In this document: positions 36,201-48,200 of the stretch, one piece after another
Numbering within the stretch: position 1 is the stretch's first letter
Layout of the letters: every line of letters starts with the position of its first letter
Assembly (NCBI GenBank): GCA_964035545.1
Contig: OZ037767.1
Span: 13,005,801-13,069,800 of the forward strand
Direction: 5' to 3'
From: Bugula neritina
Taxonomy: Eukaryota > Animalia > Bryozoa
DNA length: 64,000 nt
The notes under the pieces: generated by a model
The model's input: the letters and a program-made list of their open reading frames with translations, nothing else
The model's database searches: none
Told to the model about the DNA's origin: nothing
Made by a program: the position numbers and the translations under genes

Positions 36201-39200
36201 GTGTGGTAGTAGTGGTGGGTGTTGTAGTGGTCGTGGGTGTTGTAGTAGTGGTTAGTGTAGTAGTGGTGGTTGGTAATGTAGTGGTGGTGGGTGTTGTAGT
36301 GGTGGTTGGTGTTGTAGTAGTGGTTGGTGTTGTCGTGGTAGTGGGTGTTGTCGTGGTTGTGGGTGTCGTAGTAGTTGTGGGTGTTGTAGTGGTGGTGGGT
36401 GTTGTTGTGGTTGTGGGTGTTGTTGTGGTTGTGGGTGTGGTAGTAGTTGTGGGTGTCGTAGTAGTGGTTGGTGTTGTAGTAGTGGTTGGTGTTGTAGTAG
36501 TGGTTGGTGTTGTCGTGGTAGTGGGTGTTGTCGTGGTTGTGGGCGTGGTAGTAGTGGTTGGTAGTGTAGTGGTGGTGGGTGTTGTAGTAGTGGTTGGTGT
36601 TGTAGTCGTGCTGGGTGTTGTCGTGGTTGTGGGTGTTGTTGTCGTTGTAAGTGTGGTAGTAGTTGTGGGTCTTGTAGTAGTGGTTGGAGTTGTAGTAGTG
36701 GTTGGTGTTGTCGTGGTGGTGGGTGTTGTCGTGGTTGTGGGTGTGGTAGTAGTGGTTGGTGTTGTAGTGGTGGTGGGTGTTGTTGTGGTTGTGGGTGTTG
36801 TTGTGAATGTGGGTGTGGTAGTAGTTGTGGGTGTCGTAGTAGTGGTGGGTGTTGTCGTGGTAGTGGGTGTTGTCGTGGTTGTGGGCGTGGTAGTAGTTGT
36901 AGGTGTTGTAGTAGTGGTGGGTGTTGTTGTGGTTGTGGGTGTTGTTGTGGTTGTGGGTGTTGTAGTAGTCGTGGGTGTTGTAGTAGTGGTTGGTGTTGTA
37001 GTGGTGGTTAGTAATGTAGTGGTTGTGGGTGTGGTAGTAGTGGTTGGTGTTGTAGCGGTGGTGGGTGTTGTTGTGGTTGTGGGCGTGGTAGTAGTTGTAG
37101 GTGTTGTAGTAGTGGTGGGTGTTGTTGTGGTTGTGGGTGTTGTTGTGGTTGCGGGTGTTGTAGTAGCCGTGGGTGTTGTAGTAGTGGTTGGTGTTGTAGT
37201 GGTGGTTAGTAATGTAGTGGTTGTGGGTGTGGTAGTAGTGGTTGGTGTTGTAGTAGTGGTTGGTGTTGTCGTGGTTGTGGGTGTTGTTGTGGTTGTGGGC
37301 GTGGTAGTAGTTGTGGGTGTTGTAGTAGTGGTTGGTGTTGTCGTGGTAGTGGGTGTTGTCGTGGTTGTGGGCGTGGTAGTAGTGGTTGGTGTTGTAGTGG
37401 TGGTGGGTGTTGTCTTGGTTGTGGGTGTTGTTGTGGTTGTGGGTGTGGTAGTAGTTGTGGGTGTTGTAGTAGTGGTTGGTGTGGTAGTGGTGGTTGGTGT
37501 TGTGGTAGTGGTTGGTGTTGTAGTAGTAGTTGGTGTTGTGGTTGTGGTTGGTGTTGTAGTAGTGGTTGGTGTTGTAGTCGTGCTAGGTGTTGTCGTGGTT
37601 GTGGGTGTTGTTGTGGTTGTAGGTGTGGTAGTAGTTGTGGGTGTTGTAATAGTGCTTGGTGTTGTAGTAGTGGTTGGTGTTATCGTAGTAGTGGGTGTTG
37701 TCGTGGTTGTGGGCGTGGTAGTAGTTGTTGGTGTTGTAGTGGTGGTGGGTGTTGTTGTGGTTGTGGGTGTGGTGGTAGTTGTGGGTGTTAATGTGGTTGT
37801 GGGTGTGGTAGTAGTTGTGGGTGTTGTGGTGGTTGTGGGTGTTGTAGTAGTGGTTGGTGTTGTAGTGGTGGTTGGTGTTGTAGTAGCGGTTGGTGTTGTC
37901 GTGGTAGTGGGTGTTGTCGTGGTTGTGGGTGTGGTAGTAGTGGTGGGTGTTGTAGTAGTGGTTGGTGTTGTCGTGGTTGTGGGTGTTGTTGTCGTTGTAG
38001 GTGTGGTAGTAGTTGTGGGTGTTGTAATAGTGCTTGGTGTTGTAGTAGTGGTTGGTGTTGTCGTGGTAGTGGGCGTCGTCGTGGTTGTGGGCGTGGTAGT
38101 AGTGGTTGGTGTTGTAGTGGTGGTGGGTGTTGTAGTAGTGGTTGGTGTTGTAGTAGTGGTTGGTGTTGAAGTCGTGCTGGGTGTTGTCGTGGTTGTGGGT
38201 GTTGTTGTCGTTGTAGGTGTGGTAGTAGTTGTGGGTCTTGTGGTAGTGGTTGGAGTTGTAGTAGTGGTTGGTGTTGTCGTGGTAGTGGGTGTTGTTGTGG
38301 TTGTGGGTGTGGTAGAAATGGTTAGTGTCGTAGTGGTGGTGGGTGTTGTTGTGGTTGTGGGTGTTGTTGTGGTTGTGGGCGTGGTAGTAGTTGTGGGTGT
38401 TGTAGTAGTGGTTGGTGTTGTCGTGGTAGTGGGTGTTGTCGTGGTTGTGGGCGTGGTAGTAGTGGTTGTTGTTGTAGTGGTGGTGGGGGTTGTTGTGGTT
38501 GTGGGTGTTGTCGTGGTTGTGGGTGTTGTTGTGGTTGTGAGTGTGGTAGTAGTTGTGGGTGTCGTAGTAGTGGTTGGTGTTGTAGTAGTGGTTGGTGTTG
38601 TAGTAGTGGTTGGTGTTGTAGTAGTGGTTGGTGTTGTAGTCGTGCTGGGTGTTGTGGTGGTTGTGGGTGTTGTTGTCGTTGTGGGTGTTGTTGTGGTTGT
38701 GGGTGTTGTAGTAGTGGTTGGTGTTGTCGTGGTAGTGAGTGTTGTCGTGGTTGTGGGCGTGGTAGTAGTGGTTGGTGTTGTAGTGGTGGTGGGTGTTGTT
38801 GTGGTAGTGGGTGTTGTCGTGGTTGTGGGTGTGGTAGTAGTGGTTGTTGTTGTAGTAGTGGTGGGTGTTGTCGTGGTTGTAGGTGTTGCAGTGGTGGTGG
38901 GTGTTGTGGTTGTTGTGGGCGTCGTAGTCGTGGTAGGTGTTGTAGTAGTGGTTAAAGTCGTAGTAGTCGTGGGTGTTGTCGTGGTTGTGGGTGTGGTAGT
39001 AGTGGTGGGTGTTGTAGTAGTCGTGGGTGTTGTAGTAGTGGTTGGTGTTGTAGTGGTGGTTAGTAATGTAGTGGTGGTGGGTGTTGTAGTAGTGGTTGGT
39101 GTTGTAGTGGTGGTTGGTGTTGAGCTAGTGGTTGGTGTTGTCGTGGTAGTGGGTGTTGTCGTGGTTGTGGGTGTGGTAGTAGTGGTGGGTGTTGTAGTAG

Positions 39201-42200
39201 TGGTTGGTGTTGTAGTGGTGGTTAGTAATGTAGTGGTGGTGGGTGTTGTAGTAGTGGTTGGTGTTGTAGTAGTGATTGGTGTTGTAGTGGTGGTTAGTAA
39301 TGTAGTGGTGGTGGGTGTTGTAGTAGTGGTTGGTGTTGTAGTAGTGGTTGGTGTTGTCGTGGTTGTGGGTGTTGTCGTGGTAGTGGGTGTTGTCGTGGTT
39401 GTGGGCGTGGTAGTAGTGGTTGGTGTTGTAGTGGGGGTGGGTGTTGTTGTGGTTGTGGGTGTTGTTGTGGTTGTGGGTGTGGTAGTAGTTGTGGGTGTCG
39501 TAGAAGTGGTTGGTGTTGTAGTAGTGGTTGGTGTTGTAGTAGTGGTTGGTGTTGTCGTGGTTGTGGGTGTTGTTGTCGTTGTAGGTGTGGTAGTAGTTGT
39601 GGGTGTTGTAATAGTGCTTGGTGTTGTAGTAGTGGTTGGTGTTGTCGTGGTAGTGGGTGTTGTCGTGGTTGTGGGCGTGGTAGTAGTGGTTGGTGTTGTA
39701 GTGGTGGTGGGTGTTGTAGTAGTGGTTGGTGTTGTAGTAGTGGTTGGTGTTGAAGTCGTGCTGGGTGTTGTCGTGGTTGTGGGTGTTGTTGTCGTTGTAG
39801 GTGTGGTAGTAGTTGTGGGTCTTGTGGTAGTGGTTGGAGTTGTAGTAGTGGTTGGTGTTGTCGTGGTAGTGGGTGTTGTTGTGGTTGTGGGTGTGGTAGA
39901 AGTGGTTAGTGTCGTAGTGGTGGTGGGTGTTGTTGTGGTTGTGGGTGTTGTTGTGGTTGTGGGTGTTGTTGTGGTTGTGGGTGTGGTAGTAGTTGTGGGT
40001 GTTCTGGTGGTTGTGGGCGTCGTAGTTGTGGTTGGTGTTGTAGTGGTGGTGGGTGTTGTTGTGGTTGTGGGTGTGGTAGTAGTGGTTGGTGTTGTCGTGG
40101 TAGTGGGTGTTGTGGTGGTTGGGGGTGTGGTAGTAGTGGTGGGTGTTGTAGTGGTCGTGGGTGTTGTAGTAGTGGTTAGTGTAGTAGTGGTGGTTGGTAA
40201 TGTAGTGGTGGTGGGTGTTGTAGTGGTGGTTGGTGTTGTAGTAGTGGTTGGTGTTGTCGTGGTAGTGGGTGTTGTCGTGGTTGTGGGTGTCGTAGTAGTG
40301 GTTGGTGTTGTAGTAGTGGTTGGTGTTGTAGTAGTGGTTGGTGTTGTAGTAGTGGTTGGTGTTGTAGTCGTGCTGGGTGTTGTCGTGGTTGTGGATGTTG
40401 TTGTCGTTGTGGGTGTGGTAGTAGTTGTGGGTGTGGTAGTAGTGGTTGGTGTTGTAATGGTGGTTGGTGTTGTTGTGGTTGTGGGTGTTGTTGTGGTTGT
40501 GGGTGTGGTAGTGGTTGTGGGTCTTGTAGTAGTGGTTGGAGTTGTAGTAGTGGTTGGGGTGGTAGTGGTGGTTGGTGTTGTGGTAGTGGTTGGAGTTGTG
40601 GTTGTGGTTGGTGTTGTAGTAGTGGTTGGTGTTGTAGTCGTGCTGGGTCTTGTCGTGGTTGTGGGTGTTGTTGTGGTTGTAGGTGTTGTTGTGGTTGGGG
40701 GTGTTGTAGTAGTCGTGGGTGTTGTAGTAATGGTTGGTGTTGTAGTGGTGGTTAGTAATGTAGTGGTTGTGGGTGTGGTAGTAGTGGTTGTGGGTGTGGT
40801 AGTAGTGGTTGGTGTTGTAGTGGTGGTGGGTGTTGTTGTGATTGTGGGTGTTGTTGTGGTTGTGGGTGTGGTAGTAGTGGTTGGTGTTGTGGTGGTTGTG
40901 GGCGTTCTAGTCGTGGTAGGTGTTGTAGTAGTGGTTAAAGTCATGGTAGTCGTGGGTGTTGTCGTGGTTGTGGGTGTGGTAGTAGTGGTGGGTGTTGTAG
41001 TAGTCGTGGGTGTTGTAGTGGTGGTTGGTGTTGTTGTGGTGGTTGGTGTTGTAGTAGTGGTTGGTGTTGTCGTGGTAGTGGGTGTTGTTGTGGTTGTGGG
41101 TGTGGTAGTAGTGGTTGGTAGTGTAGTGATGGTGGGTGTTGTCGTGGTTGTGGGTGTTGTTGTGGTTGTGGGTGTGGTAGTAGTTGTGGGTGTTGTCATG
41201 AGAGTGGGTGTTGTGGTGGTTGTGGGTGTGGTAGTAGTGGTTGGTGTTGTCGTGGTAGTGGGTGTTGTGGTGGTTGGGGGTGTGGTAGTAGTGGTGGGTG
41301 TTGTAGTGGTCGTGGGTGTTGTAATAGTGGTTAGTGTAGTAGTGGTGGTTGGTAATGTAGTGGTGGTGGGTGTTGTAGTGGTGGTTGGTGTTGTAGTAGT
41401 GGTTGGTGTTGTAGTCGTGCTGGGTGTTGTCGTGGTTGTGGGTGTTGTTGTCGTTGTAGGTGTGGTAGTAGTTGTGGGTCTTGTAGTAGTGGTCGGAGTT
41501 GTAGTAGTGGTTGGTGTTGTCGTGGTGGTGGGTGTTGTCGTGGTTGTGGGTGTGGTAGTAGTGGTTGGTGTTGTAGTGGTGGTGGGTGTTGTTGTGGTTG
41601 TGGGTGTTGTTGTGAATGTGGGTGTGGTAGTAGTTGTGGGTGTCGTAGTAGTGGTGGGTGTTGTCGTGGTAGTGGGTGTTGTCGTGGTTGTGGGCGTGGT
41701 AGTAGTTGTAGGTGTTGTAGTAGTGGTGGGTGTTGTTGTGGTTGTGGGTGTTGTTGTGGTTGTGGGTGTTGTAGTAGTCGTGGGTGTTGTAGTAGTGGTT
41801 GGTGTTGTAGTGGTGGTTAGTAATGTAGTGGTTGTGGGTGTGGTAGTAGTGGTTGGTGTTGTAGTGGTGGTGGGTGTTGTTGTGGTTGTGGGCGTGGTAG
41901 TAGTTGTAGGTGTTGTAGTAGTGGTGGGTGTTGTTGTGGTTGTGGGTGTTGTTGTGGTTCCGGGTGTTGTAGTAGCCGTGGGTGTTGTAGTAGTGGTTGG
42001 TGTTGTAGTGGTGGTTAGTAATGTAGTGGTTGTGGGTGTGGTAGTAGTGGTTGGTGTTGTAGTAGTGGTTGGTGTTGTTGTGGTTGTGGGTGTTGTTGTG
42101 GTTGTGGGCGTGGTAGTAGTTGTGGGTGTTGTAGTAGTGGTTGGTGTTGTCGTGGTAGTGGGTGTTGTCGTGGTTGTGGGCGTGGTAGTAGTGGTTGGTG

Positions 42201-45200
42201 TTGTAGTGGTGGTGGGTGTTGTCTTGGTTGTGGGTGTTGTTGTAGTTGTGGGTGTGGTAGTAGTTGTGGGTGTTGTAGTAGTGGTTGGTGTGGTAGTGGT
42301 GGTTGGTGTTGTGGTAGTGGTTGGTGTTGTAGTAGTAGTTGGTGTTGTGGTTGTGGTTGGTGTTGTAGTAGTGGTTGGTGTTGTAGTCGTGCTAGGTGTT
42401 GCCGTGGTTGTGGGTGTTGTTGTGGTTGTAGGTGTGGTAGTAGTTGTGGGTGTTGTAATAGTGCTTGGTGTTGTAGTAGTAGTTGGTGTTATCGTGGTAG
42501 TGGGTGTTGTCGTGGTTGTGGGCGTGGTAGTAGTTGTTGGTGTTGTAGTGGTGGTGGGTGTTGTTGTGGTTGTGGGTGTTGTTGTGATTGTGGGTGTGAT
42601 AGTAGTTGTGGGTCTTGTAGTAGTGGTTGGTGTTGTTGTGGTTGTGGGTGTTGTTGTGGTTGTGGGTGTTGTAGTAGTGGTTGGTGTTGTAGTAGTGGTT
42701 AGTGTGGTAGTGGTGGTTGGTGTTGTGGTAATGGTTGGAGTTGTGGTTGTGGTTGGTGTTGTAGTAGTGGTTGGTGTTGTAGTCGTGCTGGGTCTTGTCG
42801 TGGTTGTGGGTGTTGTTGTGGTTGTAGGTGTGGTAGTAGTTGTGGGTGTTGTAGTAGTGGTTGGTGTTGTAGTAGTGGTTGGTGTTGTAGTAGTGGTTGG
42901 TGTTGTAGTAGTGGTTGGTGTTGTCGTGGTAGTGGGTGTTGTTGTGGTTGTGGGTGTGGTAGTAGTTGTGGGTGTTGTAGTGGTGGTGGGTGTTGTTGTG
43001 GTTGTGGGTGTTGTTGTGGTTGTGGGTGTGGTAGTAGTTGTGGGTGTCGTAGTAGTGGTTGGTGTTGTAGTAGTGGTTGGTGTTGTAGTAGTGGTTGGTG
43101 TTGTCGTGGTAGTGGGTGTTGTCGTGGTTGTGGGCGTGGTAGTAGTGGTTGGTAGTGTAGTGGTGGTGGGTGTTGTAGTAGTGGTTGGTGTTGTAGTAGT
43201 GGTTGGTGTTGTAGTAGTGGTTGGTGTTGTAGTCGTGCTGGGTGTTGTCGTGGTTGTGGGTGTTGTTGTCGTTGTAAGTGTGGTAGTAGTTGTGGGTCTT
43301 GTAGTAGTGGTTGGAGTTGTAGTAGTGGTTGGTGTTGTCGTGGTGGTGGGTGTTGTCGTGGTTGTGGGTGTGGTAGTAGTGGTTGGTGTTGTAGTGGTGG
43401 TGGGTGTTGTTGTGGTTGTGGGTGTTGTTGTGAATGTGGGTGTGGTAGTAGTTGTGGGTGTCGTAGTAGTGGTGGGTGTTGTCGTGGTAGTGGGTGTTGT
43501 CGTGGTTGTGGGCGTGGTAGTAGTTGTAGGTGTTGTAGTAGTGGTGGGTGTTGTTGTGGTTGTGGGTGTTGTTGTGGTTGTGGGTGTTGTAGTAGTCGTG
43601 GGTGTTGTAGTAGTGGTTGGTGTTGTAGTGGTGGTTAGTAATGTAGTGGTTGTGGGTGTGGTAGTAGTGGTTGGTGTTGTAGCGGTGGTGGGTGTTGTTG
43701 TGGTTGTGGGCGTGGTAGTAGTTGTAGGTGTTGTAGTAGTGGTGGGTGTTGTTGTGGTTGTGGGTGTTGTTGTGGTTGCGGGTGTTGTAGTAGCCGTGGG
43801 TGTTGTTGTAGTGGTTGGTGTTGTAGTGGTGGTTAGTAATGTAGTGGTTGTGGGTGTGGTAGTAGTGGTTGGTGTTGTAGTAGTGGTTGGTGTTGTAGTA
43901 GTGGTTGGTGTTGTCGTGGTAGTGGGTGTTGTCGTGGTTGTGGGCGTGGTAGTAGTGGTTGGTGTTGTAGTGGTGGTGGGTGTTGTCTTGGTTGTGGGTG
44001 TTGTTGTGGTTGTGGGTGTGGTAGTAGTTGTGGGTGTTGTAGTAGTGGTTGGTGTGGTAGTGGTGGTTGGTGTTGTGGTAGTGGTTGGTGTTGTAGTAGT
44101 AGTTGGTGTTGTGGTTGTGGTTGGTGTTGTAGTAGTGGTTGGTGTTGTAGTCGTGCTAGGTGTTGTCGTGGTTGTGGGTGTTGTTGTGGTTGTAGGTGTG
44201 GTAGTAGTTGTGGGTGTTGTAATAGTGCTTGGTGTTGTAGTAGTGGTTGGTGTTATCGTAATAGTGGGTGTTGTCGTGGTTGTGGGCGTGGTAGTAGTTG
44301 TTGGTGTTGTAGTGGTGGTGGGTGTTGTTGTGGTTGTGGGTGTTGTTGTGATTGTGGGTGTGATAGTAGTTGTGGGTCTTGTAGTAGTGGTTGGTGTTGT
44401 TGTGGTTGTGGGTGTTGTTGTGGTTGTGGGTGTTGTAGTAGTGGTTAGTGTTGTAGTAGTGGTTAGTGTGGTAGTGGTGGTTGGTGTTGTGGTAGTGGTT
44501 GGAGTTGTGGTTGTGGTTGGTGTTGTAGTAGTGGTTGGTGTTGTAGTCGTGCTGGGTCTTGTCGTGGTTGTGGGTGTTGTTGTGGTTGTAGGTGTGGTAG
44601 TAGTTGTGGGTGTTGTAGTAGTGGTTGGTGTTGTAGTAGTGGTTGGTGTTGTCGTGGTAGTGGGTGTTGTTGTGGTTGTGGGTGTGGTAGTAGTGGTTGG
44701 TGTTGTAGTGGTGGTGGGTGTTGTAGTAGTGGTTGGTGTTGTAGTCGTGCTGGGTGTTGTCGTGGTTGTGGGTGTTGTCGTGGTGGTGGGTGTTCTCGTG
44801 GTTGTGGGCGTGGTAGTAGTGGTTGTTGTTGTAGTGGTGGAGGGTGTTGTTGTAGTTGTGAGTGTTGTTGTGATTGTGGGTGTGATAGTAGTTGTGGGTC
44901 TTGTAGTAGTGGTTGGTGTTGTTGTGGTTGTGGGTGTTGTTGTGGTTGTGGGTGTTGTAGTAGTGGTTGGTATTGTAGTAGTGGTTAGTGTGGTAGTGGT
45001 GGTTGGTGTTGTAGTAGTGGTTGGAGTTGTGGTTGTGGTTGGTGTTGTAGTAGTGGTTGGTGTTGTAGTCGTGCTGGGTCTTGTCGTGGTTGTGGGTGTT
45101 GTTGTGGTTGTAGGTGTGGTAGTAGTTGTGGGTGTTGTAGTAGTGGTTGGTGTGGTAGTGGTGGTTGGTGTTGTGGTAGTGGTTGGTGTTGTAGTAGTAG

Positions 45201-48200
45201 TTGGTGTTGTGGTTGTGGTTGGTGTTGTAGTAGTGGTTGGTGTTGTAGTCGTGCTAGGTGTTGTCGTGGTTGTGGGTGTTGTTGTGGTTGTAGGTGTGGT
45301 AGTAGTTGTGGGTGTTGTAATAGTGCTTGGTGTTGTAGTAGTGGTTGGTGTTATCGTAGTAGTGGGTGTTGTCGTGGTTGTGGGCGTGGTAGTAGTTGTT
45401 GGTGTTGTAGTGGTGGTGGGTGTTGTTGTGGTTGTGGGTGTTGTTGTGATTGTGGGTGTGATAGTAGTTGTGGGTCTTGTAGTAGTGGTTGGTGTTGTTG
45501 TGGTTGTGGGTGTTGTTGTGGTTGTGGGTGTTGTAGTAGTGGTTGGTGTTGTAGTAGTGGTTAGTGTGGTAGTGGTGGTTGGTGTTGTGGTAGTGGTTGG
45601 AGTTGTGGTTGTGGTTGGTGTTGTAGTAGTGGTTGGTGTTGTAGTCGTGCTGGGTCTTGTCGTGGTTGTGGGTGTTGTTGTGGTTGTAGGTGTGGTAGTA
45701 GTTGTGGGTGTTGTAGTAGTGGTTGGTGTTGTAGTAGTGGTTGGTGTTGTCGTGGTAGTGGGTGTTGTTGTGGTTGTGGGTGTGGTAGTAGTGGTTGGTG
45801 TTGTAGTGGTGGTGGGTGTTGTAGTAGTGGTTGGTGCTGTAGTCGTGCTGGGTGTTGTCGTGGTTGTGGGTGTTGTCGTGGTGGTGGGTGTTCTCGTGGT
45901 TGTGGGCGTGGTAGTAGTGGTTGTTGTTGTAGTGGTGGAGGGTGTTGTTGTAGTTGTGAGTGTTGTTGTGATTGTGGGTGTGATAGTAGTTGTGGGTCTT
46001 GTAGTAGTGGTTGGTGTTGTTGTGGTTGTGGGTGTTGTTGTGGTTGTGGGTGTTGTTGTGGTTCCGGGTGTTGTAGTAGCCGTGGGTGTTGTAGTAGTGG
46101 TTGGTGTTGTAGTGGTGGTTAGTAATGTAGTGGTTGTGGGTGTGGTAGTAGTGGTTGGTGTTGTAGTAGTGGTTGGTGTTGTTGTGGTTGTGGGTGTTGT
46201 TGTGGTTGTGGGCGTGGTAGTAGTTGTGGGTGTTGTAGTAGTGGTTGGTGTTGTCGTGGTAGTGGGTGTTGTCGTGGTTGTGGGCGTGGTAGTAGTGGTT
46301 GGTGTTGTAGTGGTGGTGGGTGTTGTCTTGGTTGTGGGTGTTGTTGTGGTTGTGGGTGTGGTAGTAGTTGTGGGTGTTGTAGTAGTGGTTGGTGTGGTAG
46401 TGGTGGTTGGTGTTGTGGTAGTGGTTGGTGTTGTAGTAGTAGTTGGTGTTGTGGTTGTGGTTGGTGTTGTAGTAGTGGTTGGTGTTGTAGTCGTGCTAGG
46501 TGTTGTCGTGGTTGTGGGTGTTGTTGTGGTTGTAGGTGTGGTAGTAGTTGTGGGTGTTGTAATAGTGCTTGGTGTTGTAGTAGTAGTTGGTGTTATCGTG
46601 GTAGTGGGTGTTGTCGTGGTTGTGGGCGTGGTAGTAGTTGTTGGTGTTGTAGTGGTGGTGGGTGTTGTTGTGGTTGTGGGTGTTGTTGTGATTGTGGGTG
46701 TGATAGTAGTTGTGGGTCTTGTAGTAGTGGTTGGTGTTGTTGTGGTTGTGGGTGTTGTTGTGGTTGTGGGTGTTGTAGTAGTGGTTGGTGTTGTAGTAGT
46801 GGTTAGTGTGGTAGTGGTGGTTGGTGTTGTGGTAGTGGTTGGAGTTGTGGTTGTGGTTGGTGTTGTAGTAGTGGTTGGTGTTGTAGTCGTGCTGGGTCTT
46901 GTCGTGGTTGTGGGTGTTGTTGTGGTTGTAGGTGTGGTAGTAGTTGTGGGTGTTGTAGTAGTGGTTGGTGTTGTAGTAGTGGTTGGTGTTGTCGTGGTAG
47001 TGGGTGTTGTTGTGGTTGTGGGTGTGGTAGTAGTGGTTGGTGTTGTAGTGGTGGTGGGTGTTGTAGTAGTGGTTGGTGTTGTAGTCGTGCTGGGTGTTGT
47101 CGTGGTTGTGGGTGTTGTCGTGGTAGTGGGTGTTCTCGTGGTTGTGGGCGTGGTAGTAGTGGTTGGTGTTGTAGTGGTGGTGGGTGTTGTTGTAGTTGCG
47201 GGTGTTGTTGTGGTTGTGGGTGTGGTAGTAGTTGTGGGTGTCGTAGTAGTGGTTGGTGTGGTAGTAGTTGTCGGTGTTGTAGTAGTGGTTGGTGTTGTCG
47301 TGGTAGTGGGTGTTGTAGTCGTGCTGGGTGTTGTCGTGGTTGTGGGTGTTGTTGTCGTTGTAGGTGTGGTAGTAGTTGTGGGTCTTGTAGTAGTGGTTGG
47401 AGTTGTAGTAGTGGTTGGTGTTGTCGTGGTGGTGGGTGTTGTCGTGGTTGTGGGTGTGGTAGTAGTGGTTGGTGTTGTAGTGGTGGTGGGTGTTGTTGTG
47501 GTTGTGGGTGTTGTTGTGGTTGTGGGTGTGGTAGTAGTTGTGGGTGTCGTAGTAGTGGTGGGTGTTGTCGTGGTAGTGGGTGTTGTCGTGGTTGTGGGCG
47601 TGGTAGTAGTTGTAGGTGTTGTAGTAGTGGTGGGTGTTGTTGTGGTTGTGGGTGTTGTTGTGGTTGTGGGTGTTGTAGTAGTCATGGGTGTTGTAGTAGT
47701 GGTTGGTGTTGTAGTGGTGGTTAGTAGTGTAGTGGTTGTGGGTGTGGTAGTAGTGGTTGGTGTTGTAGTGGTGGTGGGTGTTGTTGTGGTTGTGGGTGTT
47801 GTTGTGGTTGTGGGTGTGGTAGTAGTTGTGGGTGTCGTAGTAGTGGTTGGTGTGGTAGTAGTTGTCGGTGTTGTAGTAGTGGTTGGTGTTGTCGTGGTAG
47901 TGGGTGTTGTCGTGGTTGTGGGTGTTGTAGTAGTGGTTGGTGTTGTAGTGGTGGTGGGTGTTGTTGTGGTTGTGGGTGTTGTTGTGGTTGTGGGTGTTGT
48001 TGTGGTGGTGGGTGTTGTAGTAGTGGTGGGTGTTGTAGTGGTGGTTGGTGTTGTAGTAGTGGTTGGTGTTGTCGTGGTAGTGGGTGTTGTTGTGGTTGTG
48101 GGTGTGGTAGTAGTGGTTGGTGTTGTAGTGGTGGTGGGTGTTGTCGTGGTTGTGGGTGTTGTCGTGGTAGTGGGTGTTGTCGTGGTTGTGGGCGTGGTAG